From contig NC_057718.1 in the NCBI RefSeq assembly GCF_004010195.1, positions 56,118,603 through 56,182,602 of the forward strand: DNA of 64,000 bases. Reading direction: 5' to 3'. The notes beneath the pieces were generated by a model. The model had not been told where the DNA came from and ran no database searches. It worked only from the letters and a program-made list of their open reading frames with translations. Shown piece by piece: positions 26,035 through 39,572 of the stretch. Numbering within the stretch: the stretch's first letter is position 1; each line of letters opens with the position of its first letter. The position numbers and the translations under genes are program-made. The DNA is from Chiloscyllium plagiosum. Taxonomy: Eukaryota.

Positions 26035-27660
26035 AGAATTGGGCCAAATGGCCCATCAAATCTGCTTCACCACTCAATCATGGCTGATATGTTTCTCAAC
26101 TCTATTCTTCTGCCTTCTCCCCATAACTCTTGATCCCCTTATCAATCAAGGATCTGTCTGTCTCAAAGATGCTTAATGAAGTGGCCTCCACAGCATTCCG
26201 CAAAGAGTTACACAAATTCACTACCTCTGGCTGAAGAAATTCCTCTTCATCTCAGTTCTAAAGGACTATCCCTTCACTCAGAGGCTGCGCCCTTGGATCC
26301 TAGTCTATACTACTACTGAAAACACCTCCACGTCCACTCTGTCCAGGCTTCTCAATATTCTGTAAAATTCAGAGAAATTCTCCCCTCAACCTTCTAAGCT
26401 CCACTGAGTCCTCAACCACTCCTAATGTTACAAGCCCTTCACTCCAAGGATAATTCTTGTGAACCTCTTCCGGACTCCTTCCAAGGCTAGTATATCCTTT
26501 CCTTAGATATGTAGTCCTAAACTATTCACGATATTTCAAGTGTGGTCTCAGCAGTAGATCCCTACTCAACTTTTCTAGTCCTCCAAAAATGAATGCTAAC
26601 ATTGCATTTGCCTTCCTAATTTCAACCTGAACTTGCACATTATCCTTAAGAGAATCATGAACCAGGATCTAAGGCCCTTTGTGCTTCAGACTTCAGAAGC
26701 CTTTCCCCATTTAGAAAATAATCCACACTTCTATTCTTCCTGCCAAACTGCATAACCTTCTTTTCCCACATTATATTCTACCTGTCACTTCTTTACTCAC
26801 TCTGCTCACCTATTCCTTCTACAGTCTCAGTTTCCTCAATGATACCTGTCCCTCCATCTATCCTTGCATCACTTACAAACTTAACAAGAGCCTCAAGATC
26901 ATGCATCCAGATTGTTAAATGTATAATATAAATAGTTGTGGGCCCAACAGACCATTGCAGAACTGCACTAGTTGCTGGCTGTCATCCTGAAAAAGACCCA
27001 GTTATCCCCTCTCTCTGCATTCTGCCAGTCAGCCCATCCTCTATCCATGCCAGTTCCTTCCTCCTACCATGGGCTCTTATCTTATTTAGCAACCTCATTG
27101 CTTACCAGCCTATATTTTCTATCTTCTGTTTCCTTCCCTTATTAAACAGAGTGTTACTTTAACCATTTTCCAACTCTCTGGGACTTTCCCCAACTCCAGT
27201 GATTCTTGAAAGATCACCACCAATGCCTCTGCAATCTCAACTATCTCCTTTAGCACCCAGGAGTGCCATCCATCCAATCTAGTTGATTTAGACACCTTGA
27301 GACCTTTCAGCTTCGCTAGCTCATTCTCCTTGGCGATGATCACTACATTCACTTCTATCCCCAAATCTCAAAGTTCTGGTATGCTACTGGTGTCTTCCAC
27401 TGTGAAGACTGATGTAAAGTACCTATTCAGTCCCTTGCCTATTTCTTCATTCCCCATTAGACTGCTGGAAAATGAGGTCTGAGAAGTAGTAACATCCATT
27501 CTTGCCTCGCTTATCTTTTAGATATGCAAAAAAAAAACCACTTAGAAACTTCTTTTATATTACTAGCTAGCCCACACATTTTATCTTCACACATTGCTTT
27601 TTTAGTTGTCCTGTGCTGGGTTTTAAAGGCTTCCTATTAATCTTCACCCAATGGCTTTTT
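26035..27660 (-). mobile_element. Degenerate CR1 LINE (RT to 3' UTR)
   Basis: ORF 27119..27364 (VLKEIVEIAEALVVIFQESLELGKVPESWK) and 3' UTR atcagccatgattgagtgg. Confidence 0.85.
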
Positions 27661-27905
27661 TTGCTCTTATGCTACTGCTGTACCTCATTTATCCCAGAAA
27701 CACCTACCATTGAAAGGGGAGCCTAGCAGGGAAGACAATCAACTCTCACCAACTCCTCCTCATGTCTTTCTAGTACAATTACATCCAATTCCAGTTTTCC
27801 CACCTCAAAATGCAGGGTGAAGTCTATCATTTTGTGGTCACTGTCCCCTTGGTGTTACTTCACCTTAAGTTCCCTAATCAACGCTGCCTCATTACACATC
27901 ACGTG

Positions 27906-28872
27906 AAAGTGCTGGTGTTGGACTAGGGTGGACAAAGTTTAATTGCAGTCTTTGAAGGAGGAGGCCATTTGGGTTGTTTGGTAGTGGAATTGGTCCTCAT
28001 GGGAGCAGATGCGGCAGAGGCGAAGGAATTGGGAATATGGGATGGCGTAATTTCCCCTCCAACGTGGTCGACGATGCTCTCCACCGCATCTCCTCCACTT
28101 TGCGCACCTCTGCCCTTGAACCCCGCCCCTCCAATCGCCACCAGGACAGAACCCCACTGGTCCTCACCTTCCACCCCACCAACCTCCAGATGCATCGTAT
28201 CATCCTCTGTCATTTCCGCCATCTCCAAACAGACCCCACCATTAAGGATATATTTCCCTTCCCACCCCTATCAGCATTCCAGAGAGACCACTCCCTCCGC
28301 GACTCCCTCGTCAGGTCCACACACCCCGCCAACCCAACCTCCACTCCCGTCACCTTCTCCTGCAACCGCAAGAAGTACAAAACTTGCATCCACACCTCCC
28401 CCCCTCAACTCCCAAGGCCCCAATGGATCCTTCTATATCTGTCGCAAATTCACCTGCACCTCCACACACATCATTTACTGTATCCATTGCACCCGGTCTC
28501 CTCTACATTGGGGAGACAGGCCGCCTACTTGCGGAACGTTTCAGGGAAAACCTCTGGGAGACCCACACCAACCAACCTAACCGCCCCGTGGCTGAACACT
28601 AACTCCCTCTCCGCCAAGGACATGCAGGTCCTTGGCCTCCTCCATCGCCAGACCCTGGCCACATGACACTTGGAGGAAGAGCACCTCATCTTCCGCCTAG
28701 GGACCCTCCAACCACACGGGATGAATGTAGATTTCTCCAGCTTCATTTCCCCTCCCCCCACCTTACCTCAGTCCCAACCCTCATTCCTGAAGAAGGGTTT
28801 ATGCCTGAAACGTCAATCCTCCTGTTCCTCGGATGCTGCCTGGCCTGTTTTTTCAGCACCACACTTTTCAAC
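27906..28872 (+). mobile_element. Penelope-like element 3' portion (RT thumb, GIY-YIG, terminal repeat with hammerhead) with inverted 5' segment
   Basis: RTPLVLTFHPTNL, LLYIGETGRLLAERFRENL, EEEHLIFRLGTLQPHGMNVDF; CTGAAGAagggtttatgcctGAAAcgtc at 28787-28814; about 27940-28047 is inverted (AIPYSQFLRLCRICS). Confidence 0.9.
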
Positions 28873-28989
28873 TCTAGTCTTATCACCTTGCCAATTTGCA
28901 ATGTTTGTTAAAAGTAGTGGATAATCTGTCCAGTTTTAGATATCCTTTTGGCATGAAAACACCATGAAAAAAATATTTTAAAAATGCAT

Positions 28990-29355
28990 TTCTTTAGTAG
29001 CAGGTATCTCAAAGTACTTTACATGCAATGTTACAAGGTAGGAAATGTGACAGATAATTCATGCCAAACTCTCTCAAACATCAAATGTAATAATGGCCAG
29101 ATTATTCATGAGATATTAATCAAGATAAACATTAGCAAGAATACTTCATAAATGCTGTGTTCATTGTCAAAATAATGTAATGGGATCTTTTATATCCACA
29201 CAAACTAGCCTATGGAATCCAAGTGTACTGTCATGTGAAATACTAAAGTCAGTACTTTCCCACTAATCCAAATCAGCTTGGATCATTTTCTTCAATCCCT
29301 GGAGTGGATCTTGAAACCAGAACTTCATGACTCAGCATTGCCAACTGAACCAGAG
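28990..29355 (-). mobile_element. DeuSINE (SacSINE/AmnSINE-like) relic
   Basis: Reverse of the Deu core (tggatataaaagatcccattacattattttgacaa) and a tRNA-like head near 29350. Confidence 0.6.
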
Positions 29356-31589
29356 TCCTCAAAATTCATTACATGACATCAAGAATGACTTTTACTAAAG
29401 AGAACATCAATTAGAGATCTAATAGAGGTGTTCAAAATGGAGGTGCATTAAATCAAACATTCCATCAAAACATTGATAGCTGGAGGACAACATAAGTTTT
29501 GGATCACTTCAGAAGAGCAGAATCCACAGTATATTAAGGGCAGTTGATAAATTATTTTTCGAAAATAGCACAAGAAAGGATTAATTGTGATAATAAGATT
29601 CAGTATTTGACTCAGTAGACCCAGGTGCAATGATGTGAACGGCCACCTTCTACATTGTAGGGAAACAAGAAATATGATTATTCCATTTGCTTCCAGTGCA
29701 CAGCTCCAAAAACTTAGATTCTGGAGTAATAAAACCTAGTTTAATCTAGGCACAAGTCAAGTTTGTATAGTTTTGACCTGAACAGCAGCAAGTCAGAGAT
29801 TTTTTTAAAAACTAGATGTTAAGAAATACTTTTCTTCGAACATGAATGAAATAAGCCTTCAATAGCCATCAGGACCCATTTGAAAGTAAACATGAATCCA
29901 GAATGCTCAATTTCTAAATAACAAAGATGGCCCACACAAGTTTCATCTGCATAGTGTTTTAAACTGAAGTACGAAACCTTCACAGAACATTGACAAAATA
30001 AAATACTCTACAATTTGATGTTTAGCTCGTTGGCAAACAGCTGTCCAAAACCCTTCAAACTTTAATTAATTCTGATTCTACAATCGTCCTTTCACGATGA
30101 ATATTCTCAAACAATCAATATTAAAATTCCTACCAAGAACACAGACCATTAGCCTTCCTGAAATTCTTGAAAATTCTCACTACGTACAAAGTCCCCAGTT
30201 TATTGTTAAAAGGTCATGATTTTTTTTCCACTATCTGACCACAAACATTTAACCAAACTGTTGTGTCCATCAGTCAATATCCTTATTAATTACACCTTTT
30301 CTTTGAAAAGTCTCACTCTTGATTCACAATATTTTCCAACTACCCAATTTGTCATTACTACAAGAGAAAAATGACTAGTCTTTAACAAAAAAAATGCTAA
30401 CTATCCTTGATTAATCCATGCTTTTTAAAAAGCTATTTTAACTAATTACAATATTCATTAGATTAACTGTTATACTTTCAAGACATATTCCTTTCTTGCT
30501 TGAAAAATTATGAATTTACTTATTCAGAAGGGATTTTAGAATTGTACCCAGAGCCTCCAACTTTCTACGTTTAGAATGCACAGCAACAGTTTTATTTTTC
30601 AAAATAAATTCCTTTACTTCAGATACTTCAAACATTGAGACCACAACTTCATCTTTACACCACGGTTTAACAAAAACTAAAACACTGAATCATCTCAACC
30701 TGGCTGAAATCCAATCTTCTCCAATTGTTTTAGTTTTTACATATGTTTATAAAAGCCCTTACTAATTCTATTTAGGTGATGGCATTATTTTATATTCCTT
30801 TTAACTATTTGCATTTCATTTTCTATATTCCTAATTACCTTCACAGTTACAGCTGTCTATAGTCTTATCTACCTTTTAAAACGTCCCCTACATAGAAAAT
30901 GAATGCAAATGCTAGACCAGAAATACATTGGACACAAAAAAAAATTCACTGGAGGTAATCATTGTGGCATTCAATGAACTACCTGATGTCTTGATGGTGA
31001 CTAGAGAGTTAGAAGTTCCTATTTTACGACCTCAGCATTTCAGCCAACAATATCCGAAAGAGATAATCAGGTCATTTAATTTGTTGCCCATTGAACATAC
31101 CATGTTGAAGTTGGCTGTGCATATCCTACACTGTATTAGCAAATCAACTTCAGTATTTCACTCGCTGTACAATTACTGGAGACATCTTCGGTTCGTGGAA
31201 GGCACAAAATAAAGGAATATTTTTTCTTCTTGTCTCAAACCAAGTTCCATTTGCGGATCATACCAATCCCTGCCAACCTTTTTGACTTTCTGGAGAGCAT
31301 ATGGTTGATCCTTGCTTCTATTCTCCCACATTCAATTCAACTAATATGACCAGTTACTTAGATATGGAAACTGAGGCATCCAATACTCATGAAACCTCAT
31401 CTCTAAACAAAACCTTCACACGAGAATGATTATTTGGAGAACTGACGCAAATCAATAGAATTCAAAGCAAAAAAATCTGAAAATATAAAATATTCACTGC
31501 ATTTGATACAAACAGAAGAAAAATCTCTTAAACAACCTTGTTAGAAATAAGTTTTGAACAAAACAATTGAGAGTAATACCTCAAATAAA

Positions 31590-31793
31590 CAAGAACCACG
31601 GATGCCGGAAATCTGAGATATAAGATAAATTGCCAGGGAAACTCAGCAGGACTGACAGCATCTGTGGTGAGAAAACAGAGTTAATGCTTTGAGTCCAAAA
31701 TGGGGCTGAAGAATCATTGGATTCAAAACATTAACTGTTTTCTCCCCACAGAAGCTGCCATACCTGCCAAATACCTCCTGAGCAATTTCTGTT
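31590..31793. mobile_element. Old fold-back element from a Penelope terminal repeat
   Basis: About 31628-31697 pairs imperfectly with about 31718-31790; decayed ctgaagaa...caaaacatt hammerhead; one-sided tail 31590-31627. Confidence 0.65.
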
Positions 31794-32507
31794 AATAAAA
31801 GAGCAATATCTAGGTAGTCCTATCAAAATAAAGGTCTTCTACTTTGAGTTTCAGAATCAGTTAGATAATGCTCGAATTCAAGGCAGTAACAAAATTATCA
31901 TTCCACACCATACATATGTCTGACAGTCAACATTGTTATGTTTTAAAGTATCATTTGTAGGAGACTGTTTGATATCTGGAGGTTTCTTCAGTTTACCAAT
32001 ATCAGTAGGAAACGTTAAAAACAGTCATTAGTTTTCATTTCTACCAGAGAAGCCAACACTGCAAGTTTAAATTCTAGATTGTGTTAATGTTTGTGTTGTA
32101 CATTTTCCTTTTTAAAAAATCTTTTTCAAAAATGTAGCATATATTTGGGAAATTAGGTGTAAAAAAAAACCAAATTGATATCATTGATTGATTGCATTGT
32201 ACATTGATTAAATTTAATCAATCTGTTTAGACATGCTAAACAATTCTAGAACAGGTTTGACTTGAACCCAGATCTCCTGACCAGGTGTAGGCACACTACA
32301 CCACTATACAAGTCCCTTTGCAATAAACTGTTTCCGCACTACATAAATAAAAAAACTCTCCCAACCCAAACAGTGGTGATTAAGGTAAAAGATAATTTTA
32401 AATGGATTAAAGTTTTAAAATTAGCAATTAACAAATTATTTTTAAATCAAAAGTAATCAAATCAATTAATAATTTAAGGGCAATATAACAGATACCAGTG
32501 GTGTTAC

Positions 32508-32543
32508 CTTCTGGATCTAGCTTCTGCTCTAGGAAAGTGTAAC
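32508..32543 (-). CDS. RTN4: Candidate 36-nt in-frame micro-exon of RTN4 (GYTFLEQKLDPE)
   Basis: Minus strand reads tttttttccttcctgctgtgcttgcag|GTTACACTTTCCTAGAGCAGAAGCTAGATCCAGAAG|gtaaca; phase 1-1, no stop, in unique sequence between exons 1 and 2. Confidence 0.55.
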
Positions 32544-33439
32544 CTGCAAGCACAGCAGGAAGGAAAAAAAGTGGTAGTCAGTTCCAAACCAAATCAAAAG
32601 CTAAACATTGAGAAAAAACAGTGAATCATCAGAAGTATAAAGGGAAAATATCTATTTTCACACCCAATTTTATTGCATAATCTTGCCATTCATCCCAAAA
32701 GGTTTTTTTTACGCTCTACATGATCTTCCCCCTTCACTTCACCTCAATTAAATTCAATTCCTTTCTCTTACTTCAACTCCTCCTTGTGGGAGAGAACTTT
32801 TATTCTAATCACTGTCTCAGCAAACACCCAATAAGATGTTAGTGACCATCTTTGATTTTCCCCCAGTTGCAGAAAACCATCTCTGCATTTACAACAAACC
32901 CCTTCATAAACTTCCAAGCGTCTTGAGGTTATCCCTTAGTCTTCATCTTTTTCTCAAAAAAAAAGCAAAGGTCTGTTCAGTATAGCTTCTCAGTTATCAT
33001 TCTTATCTTGATTCTCCAATTCTATATCTATTTCATCATAAAACACCAGAATTGGTTCCAAGATTCTAAATGTAGGCTAACCAACATTTTTAAAAAGGCT
33101 TTACATAATTATCTTCTCTCAACAGTTCTATCTTCCAGAAAAACAGCAAATCTTAACAGCATTGGCTGGATCTGTGGATTCAGAGCAGACTATGTTCTAA
33201 AAAAGATCAAACCATGACAAACAGGTCAGTTGAGCCATTGATTGACGAGTACATTTTTCCTATTTTCTCTCGAAAAGTGGACACTTGTTTGAGTTAGGAG
33301 CTGGGAAATTAAGAATATTTGAAACTTAATTGGTTAAGTAAAACATAATTAGGATGAAGGGCAAATGTTGTAGCATTACCCACTGTGACCTCATCTGTAA
33401 TTGTATTTACAGCTCAAGCAATTTCAGCTCAGAGTTCAA

Positions 33440-34830
33440 AGCTGAGGGTACTACAATTGATAACATTTCTGATGTATCTGCACACAGTTGCCTGAGGCAG
33501 TCACAATGCTTAAGCTAGTTCTTCACATTGGCTCATGGTCAAGTTGTTATCAGACTGCTGCTGAGGCAGGTATGAGCATCTAGGAATTAGAAGTGAAGGA
33601 ACATTGCTCTTGCTATTGTTCAACAGGTTTGAGGTTCTAGGTGATTTGACAGATCAAAGTCAGGGTTGCAAAGTGGGTGAACAAACTTAACAGGACACCA
33701 CAGTGCAGAGTACCCCAAGTAGAGGAAGCAAAAAAAAGGAATTCAGCTGTAAAAGAGAGGTAGTGTAGTTGATGGAACATACACTCAGCTGCAAAAAGCA
33801 GTGTAAGAAGCTTGCGCAATAATCGTTCTGCTGAGGACTGGAGAGGAACTTGTAGTGGGAGGAAAAGTACAAGTGTTTGCGATACACGTGGGGACCAATA
33901 TAAATCAGAAAAAGGAGGTTCTGAACAGGGATTAGTAATATCTAGGAACTCAAAATACAATTTATACTAGTAGAGAAGGCTTTAGAAATAAGGTTGGGAA
34001 GAGAATCACAAGAGGAAATGGAAAGTTAAGGTCAAGGCAATACAGTATTCGATATACTAATATCAGAAACAATGCATACAATACAATAATACACCAGCAG
34101 GTAGGGCAGAGTGTGGAAGAATAGTAGAAAGACAATTAGAAGCTCTACCTAAATGCACACAGCACTCATACAACAGATGAACTGACAGCACTAAAAGAAA
34201 TATTATTGATACTGATTACAGAAACCAGGGCTGGGACCTGAATATTTAACATTTGATATTTCAGAAGGGCAGGAGTTAAGGAAAAGATGTAGTTAGCTCT
34301 TAAGAAAAAAAAAGGTTAGATCAGTACAGTAGAATCACGCAATCCCTATGGCGTGGAAGCAGGCTATTCAGCCCATCAGGTCCGTATCAATCCAGTGAAC
34401 AGCATTCCACCTAAACACATGCCCCTAATCCACATAGCCTGCACATTATGGGCAATGGGAGGAAACCAGAGTACCCAGAAGAAACTCATGCAGACACAGA
34501 GAATGTGCAAGCTCTACAAAGACAGTTGTCCAAGGTTGGATGCAAGTCCTGGTCCCTGGCACTGCAAGGCAGCAGTGCTAACCACAGAGCCTCCATAACT
34601 TTGGTTCAGAGTAGCAAAGTGTACAGTTTAGTTGGAAATAAGAGACAACAAAGGAAACTTAGTTGTGGGATTAGCATATGGGTCTACTGGCAGTAGCTAT
34701 ACCAAGGCAAAGTACACAATGAAATAATACAGGTACAATTATAGCAGGCACAGAGTTTAAGATTAGTGGCAGATCAAGCAAGCTTTAGGACTAGCAGATA
34801 GCAATAAGGAAATGAAAGAAGAGCATTTTT
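33440..34830 (+). mobile_element. Decayed CR1 5' region (ORF1 esterase and ORF2 endonuclease start) with nested HE1 SINE (34333-34594, minus)
   Basis: atacacgtggggaccaat (IHVGTN, SGNH esterase) at about 33882; ctctacctaaatgcacacagc (LYLNAHS) at about 34143. Confidence 0.6.
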
Positions 34831-36204
34831 TAAAATTCACTCAAAGGACATGGGCATCTCCGGCTAGGCCAGCATTTATTGCCTTTCCCTAGTTGCCCTC
34901 GAGAACTTGGTGAACTTACTTTTTTAACCAACAGGACAGATAAGGAAATACAAGGGTGGTCAATCCATGATCATATTGAATGGCAGAGCAAGGTCAAGGG
35001 TCCAAAAGGAACACTCTTGCTCTTAGTTTCTGTAAAGGGTTCTATAAAGAATTGACTTAGCAATTAAGAAGTCACAGCTTACAGCAATTAAAAAGGTAAA
35101 ATAAACTGTCCCAAACATGTCCTGAAATCATCTTCCAGGCTTAAGATGCTTTTTCTACAGAGCAAAACAGTTTCTTCATTTCCAGAGATCCTATTGTCTG
35201 AAACAAATCATTCACCCCCTACCCAAGTGCTCCGCTACCTGAGAGTCAATCATAGTCACTGGCAGTCCTTTGTCACCAATGACTGATCACCAACTTTATA
35301 CATCCTTTGGTCAGGCAGCTGTATAAACAGAATTACAGTGAGTGTCAGACAATATTCTCCAAAAGCTGTGCATGTTTACAGATGCTCAGAAGGTCTGTGC
35401 AAGGTGATCAATGTGCCAATACCATTTGCAGCTTTGACTTCCTGTCCTAGAAGTTGTTGCCACACAAACCTTATACGTCTGCATAGGAGAAGAAATAATT
35501 AGTGGAACGCTGGTGTTAGGTTACATGCTTTGAAGTGCAGAAATCCTTCAATACTACTTGCTTTTATTTTAAAATAATTGCCTTTCCATTTTATTCCATA
35601 ATCAAAAATATAGAAAAAAAAGTTTTTTCAGCATTTAAAGAACGATGTAATTCCACTGGAAGCAGTTCAGAGAAGGTTCATTTCTGGTTTGAGGGGTTGT
35701 CAGATCAGACCTAGGTTCAATGGAGTTTAGAAGAATGAGGTGATCTTAATGAAATGTAAATTTTGAGGGAACATGACTGGGTGGATGATGAGAGACTGTT
35801 TCCCTTTGTTGGAAAGTCTAAAACTAAACAGGCACGTTTGGAAAATAAGAGGTCTCCCATTTAAGAGGGAGGTGAGGAGGAATCTTTTCTCAGGGCTGAG
35901 AGACATTGGAATTTTCCTCCAAAGAAAGCAGAAAAAAAATTAAAGGCTAAGTTGCAGAATGTTTTCACAAGGACGTCAAGGGTTTTGTCAGCAGGCATGG
36001 AAGTAGAGTTAAGGCTGCAATCAGATCAGCCATGATTTCTGAATGATAGTATAAGGGGAAGGTTCAAGAGACTGAATGGCCTACTCATGCTCCCATTTCT
36101 TTATGATATAACAAAAGCCTTGCACTTTATTTTGTAAATAGTTTTATTGACTTGCTTTTGTACTTTTAATGGTTTGTTTCAGAAATAGTAGAAGTTGTAA
36201 TCAG

Positions 36205-39200
36205 AAATGCTTTCCTTTATTGGTCAGAGTATTGAGTACAGGAGTTGGGAGGTCATGTTGCGGCTGTACAGGACATTGGTTAGGCCACTGTTGGAATATT
36301 GCATGCAATTCTGGTCTCCTTCCTATCAGAAAGATGTTGTGAAACTTGAAAAGGTTCAGAAAAGATTTAAAAGGATGTTGCCAGGGTTGGAGAATCTGAG
36401 CTACAGGGAGAGGCTGAACAGGCTGGGGGTGTTTTCCCTGGAGCGTCGAAGGCCAATTCAATAAATACTTTGTGTCATCCGTCATGGAAACAGAACCAAT
36501 GTCTGAAAAATGTTGGGAAGCACAGTATCTAGTGAGAGGGAGGAACTGAAAGAAATTAGTAGGGAAATAAATGGGATTAAAGGCCAATAAATCCCCAAGG
36601 TCAGAATCTACATCCCAGAGTACTCGAGAAGATGGGCCTAGAAATAATAGATGCACTGAGCCACCTTTCAAGATTGTATAGACTCTGGATCAGTCCCTAT
36701 AGATCAGAGGGTCACTAATGTAACCCCACTATTTAATAAAAGGTAGAGAAACTGGGAACTGTAGGCCTATTAGCCTGACATTGGCAACAGGAAAAATGCA
36801 AGAGACCATTTAAAAATATTTAAATAGCATAGTACTTGAAAAGTAGTGATAAGATTGGACAGAATCAACATGGACTTACAAATCTACCAGAATTTTGCAA
36901 CATTGGAATTAGTGGAGTTGATAAGGGAGAAGCAGCCGATGTGGTTTACCTGGACTTGCAGAAGACTTTTGATAAAGGTCCCATTTAAGAAATTAGCAAG
37001 TAAAAATAAAGTATATGGGATTGGGGAGAGACAGCATACCAACAGATACAGAATTCGACTGTCAGGGAAGAGTGGGAATAAACAGTTCTTTCTATAAGTG
37101 GCAACCAGTAACTAGCGGGGTACTGCAGGGGAGGCAGCCCAGGATTTCCACATCCTTGAGGTGCGAGGGACAGTTAAGATAGTTGGCCACATCGCAGTGA
37201 GGCTGGGTGGTGCATGCAGACCACAGGTGTTCCCTGAACCACTCTGCAAGTTGGCGTTCTGTCTCCAACGTCGAGGAGACCACAGAGAGCAGTGGATGCA
37301 GTAGATGAGGTGGGTGGATGTGCAGGAAAATCTCTGCTGGATTTGAAATTATCCTTTGAAATCTTGGATGGAGGTGAGGGGGGGGGGGGCGGGGGAAGGT
37401 GTGGAGGCAGGTTTGATCCAGGTCATCCTTGTTGCAGTTGGACGGGTGGGGTTCAAGAGCAGAGGTGTAGGACATGGAGATGAGATGGAGGGCACTGTTG
37501 ATCATGTGGGAAGGGAAATTGCTGTCCTTGAAATAGGAGAATATCTGGGATGTCCTGGTGTAGAATTTCTCCTCCTGGGAGCAGATATGGCAGAGGCAGA
37601 TGAATATGAATTGGAAGTAAGGGATCATATTTTTAACGGCGGGGAGGTGGGGAAAACACATAGTCAAAGCCACTGTGGGAGCCGGTGAGTTTCAAACGGA
37701 TGTCCACGTTGAGTCGGTCACTGGAAACGTCACAGATAGTCCATGTGAATTTGAGGTCAGGGTGGAAGATGTTCAAGTTGATGAATTATTCAATCTCCTC
37801 ATGGGGTCACAAGGTGGGGCTGATGCAGTCATTAACAGAGCAGAGGAAAAGGTGGGGGAATGGTGCTGGTGTAATTCAAGAGGGACTATTCCACAAAGAG
37901 GCAGGCATAACCGGGGCCCATGGCTAATCCTCTGGTCAGTAGGAAGTGGGAGGATTAAAATGAGAAGTCGTCGAGGGTGAGGACCAGTTCTGCCAATCGA
38001 ATGAAAGTGTTGGTGGAGGAGGGCTAGTTGGATCAGTGGGAGAGGAAGAAACAGAGGGCGATTAGGTTTTCATGTTAATGGTTGGAGGTGTATAGGGACT
38101 GGATGTCAATGGTGAAGAGTTGGTGTTGGGGGCTGGGGAAATCAAAAGTCATGGAGGAGTTGAAGGGCGTAGGTGGTGTCCTGGATATATATGTGGAATT
38201 TATGGACAGGACAGGACGGAGTCGAGATATATGGGGATAAGGTCAGTGGGGCAGGAACAGGTGGAGACAGTTGCATTGACTAGGGTAGTCAGGTTTGTGG
38301 AATTTGGATAAGAGGTTGAATCAGGTGGTGCAGGGTTGGGGAACTATTAGGTTGGAAGCTGTGAATGGAAGATTGCTTGAGGTGATAAGGTTATGGGTGG
38401 TTTGGGAGACGATGGTTTGGTGATAAGAGGCAAGGTCGTGGTTATGGGGCAGTAGGAGGTGGTGTCAGCAAGTTGGCATCTGGCTTCAGTGAGGTAGAGT
38501 TTGCGTGCCATACTACCACTGCACCCCTTGTCAGCTAGTTTAACAGTGAGGTTTGGGTTGGAGCTGAAGGAGTGAAAGGCTGCTTATGCAAGAGTAAAAG
38601 TTTGGAGTGGGTAAGAGGGGTTGACAGGTTGAGGCAGTCAATTTTGCGATGGCAGTTGGAGATAGAGGTCAAGGAGGAAACAAACATAATGGCTACAAGT
38701 TGCAGTCAACACAAAGCTGGGTGGAAGGATGAGCTGAGAGGAGGATGGAGCGATGGTTCAGTGTGTTTTGCACAAGCTGAGTGAGTGAGCAAATTCATGG
38801 CAGATGAACTGTAATGTGGAAAGTGTGACGTTATCCACTTTGGATATTAAAAACAGGAAGGCAGATTATCTGACTGGCAAGAAATTGGCAACGGACAAGG
38901 TGCAACAAGACCTGGGTGTCTTGTTCATTGTTCACTTAAAAGTAAGCATGCACGTGACCCAGACAGTAAAGACAGCAAATGGTATGGTGACCTTCAAGGA
39001 AGGGGAGCAGGGATGTCTTGCTACAATTGTACCTGAAGTAGTTTATGTAGTTTTCGTCTCCTTGTCAGAGGATGGATGTTCTGGTTATGGAGGAAGTGCA
39101 ACAAACTTTGCCAGACTTATTCCTGGGATGCCAGGGCTGATATATAAATAGACAGATCAGATCGGTTAGGACTATTTTCACTGGAGTTTAGAAGAATGAT

Positions 39201-39572
39201 GGGGTGGAATATCATAAGTTATAAAATTCTAACAGGACTATTCTAATCACAGGATGTTCCCGATGACTGCTGAGTCTGGAAACAGGGGTCAAGGTTTAAG
39301 GACAATGGGGTAGGCAACTTAGGATTGAAATGAGGAGATATTCTTCAGCCAGAGAGTGAAAGCCTGGGAAACTTTCTCCCACAATAAACAAGTGTGGCCA
39401 AAACTCTGAATATTTCCAAAGGAGATAGACATAGCTCTTAGGGATAAAGGGATCAAAGGATATAGGGGGAAAGCTGAAAAACAGCTGAGTTGGATAATCA
39501 GCCATGATCATATCGAATAACAGCAGACTTGAAAGGTTGTGCGGCCTATTTCTGCCCCACTTTCTATGTTTT
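36205..39572 (+). mobile_element. CR1 LINE fragments (36205-36452 younger; 36460-37130 and 38680-39572 older) split by a Penelope insertion
   Basis: LYRTLVRPLLEYCMQFWSP; NCRPISLT; DVVYLDLQKTFDKVP; 3' UTR atcagccatgatcatatcgaa. Confidence 0.85.
37130..38670 (-). mobile_element. Degenerate Penelope-like element (RT plus GIY-YIG, about 1.5 kb)
   Basis: ORF 37092..37673 (IPYFQFIFICLCHICSQEE...FKDSNFPS...LAEWFREHL); upstream RLAELVLTLDDFSF RT motif at about 37960-38000. Confidence 0.85.
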
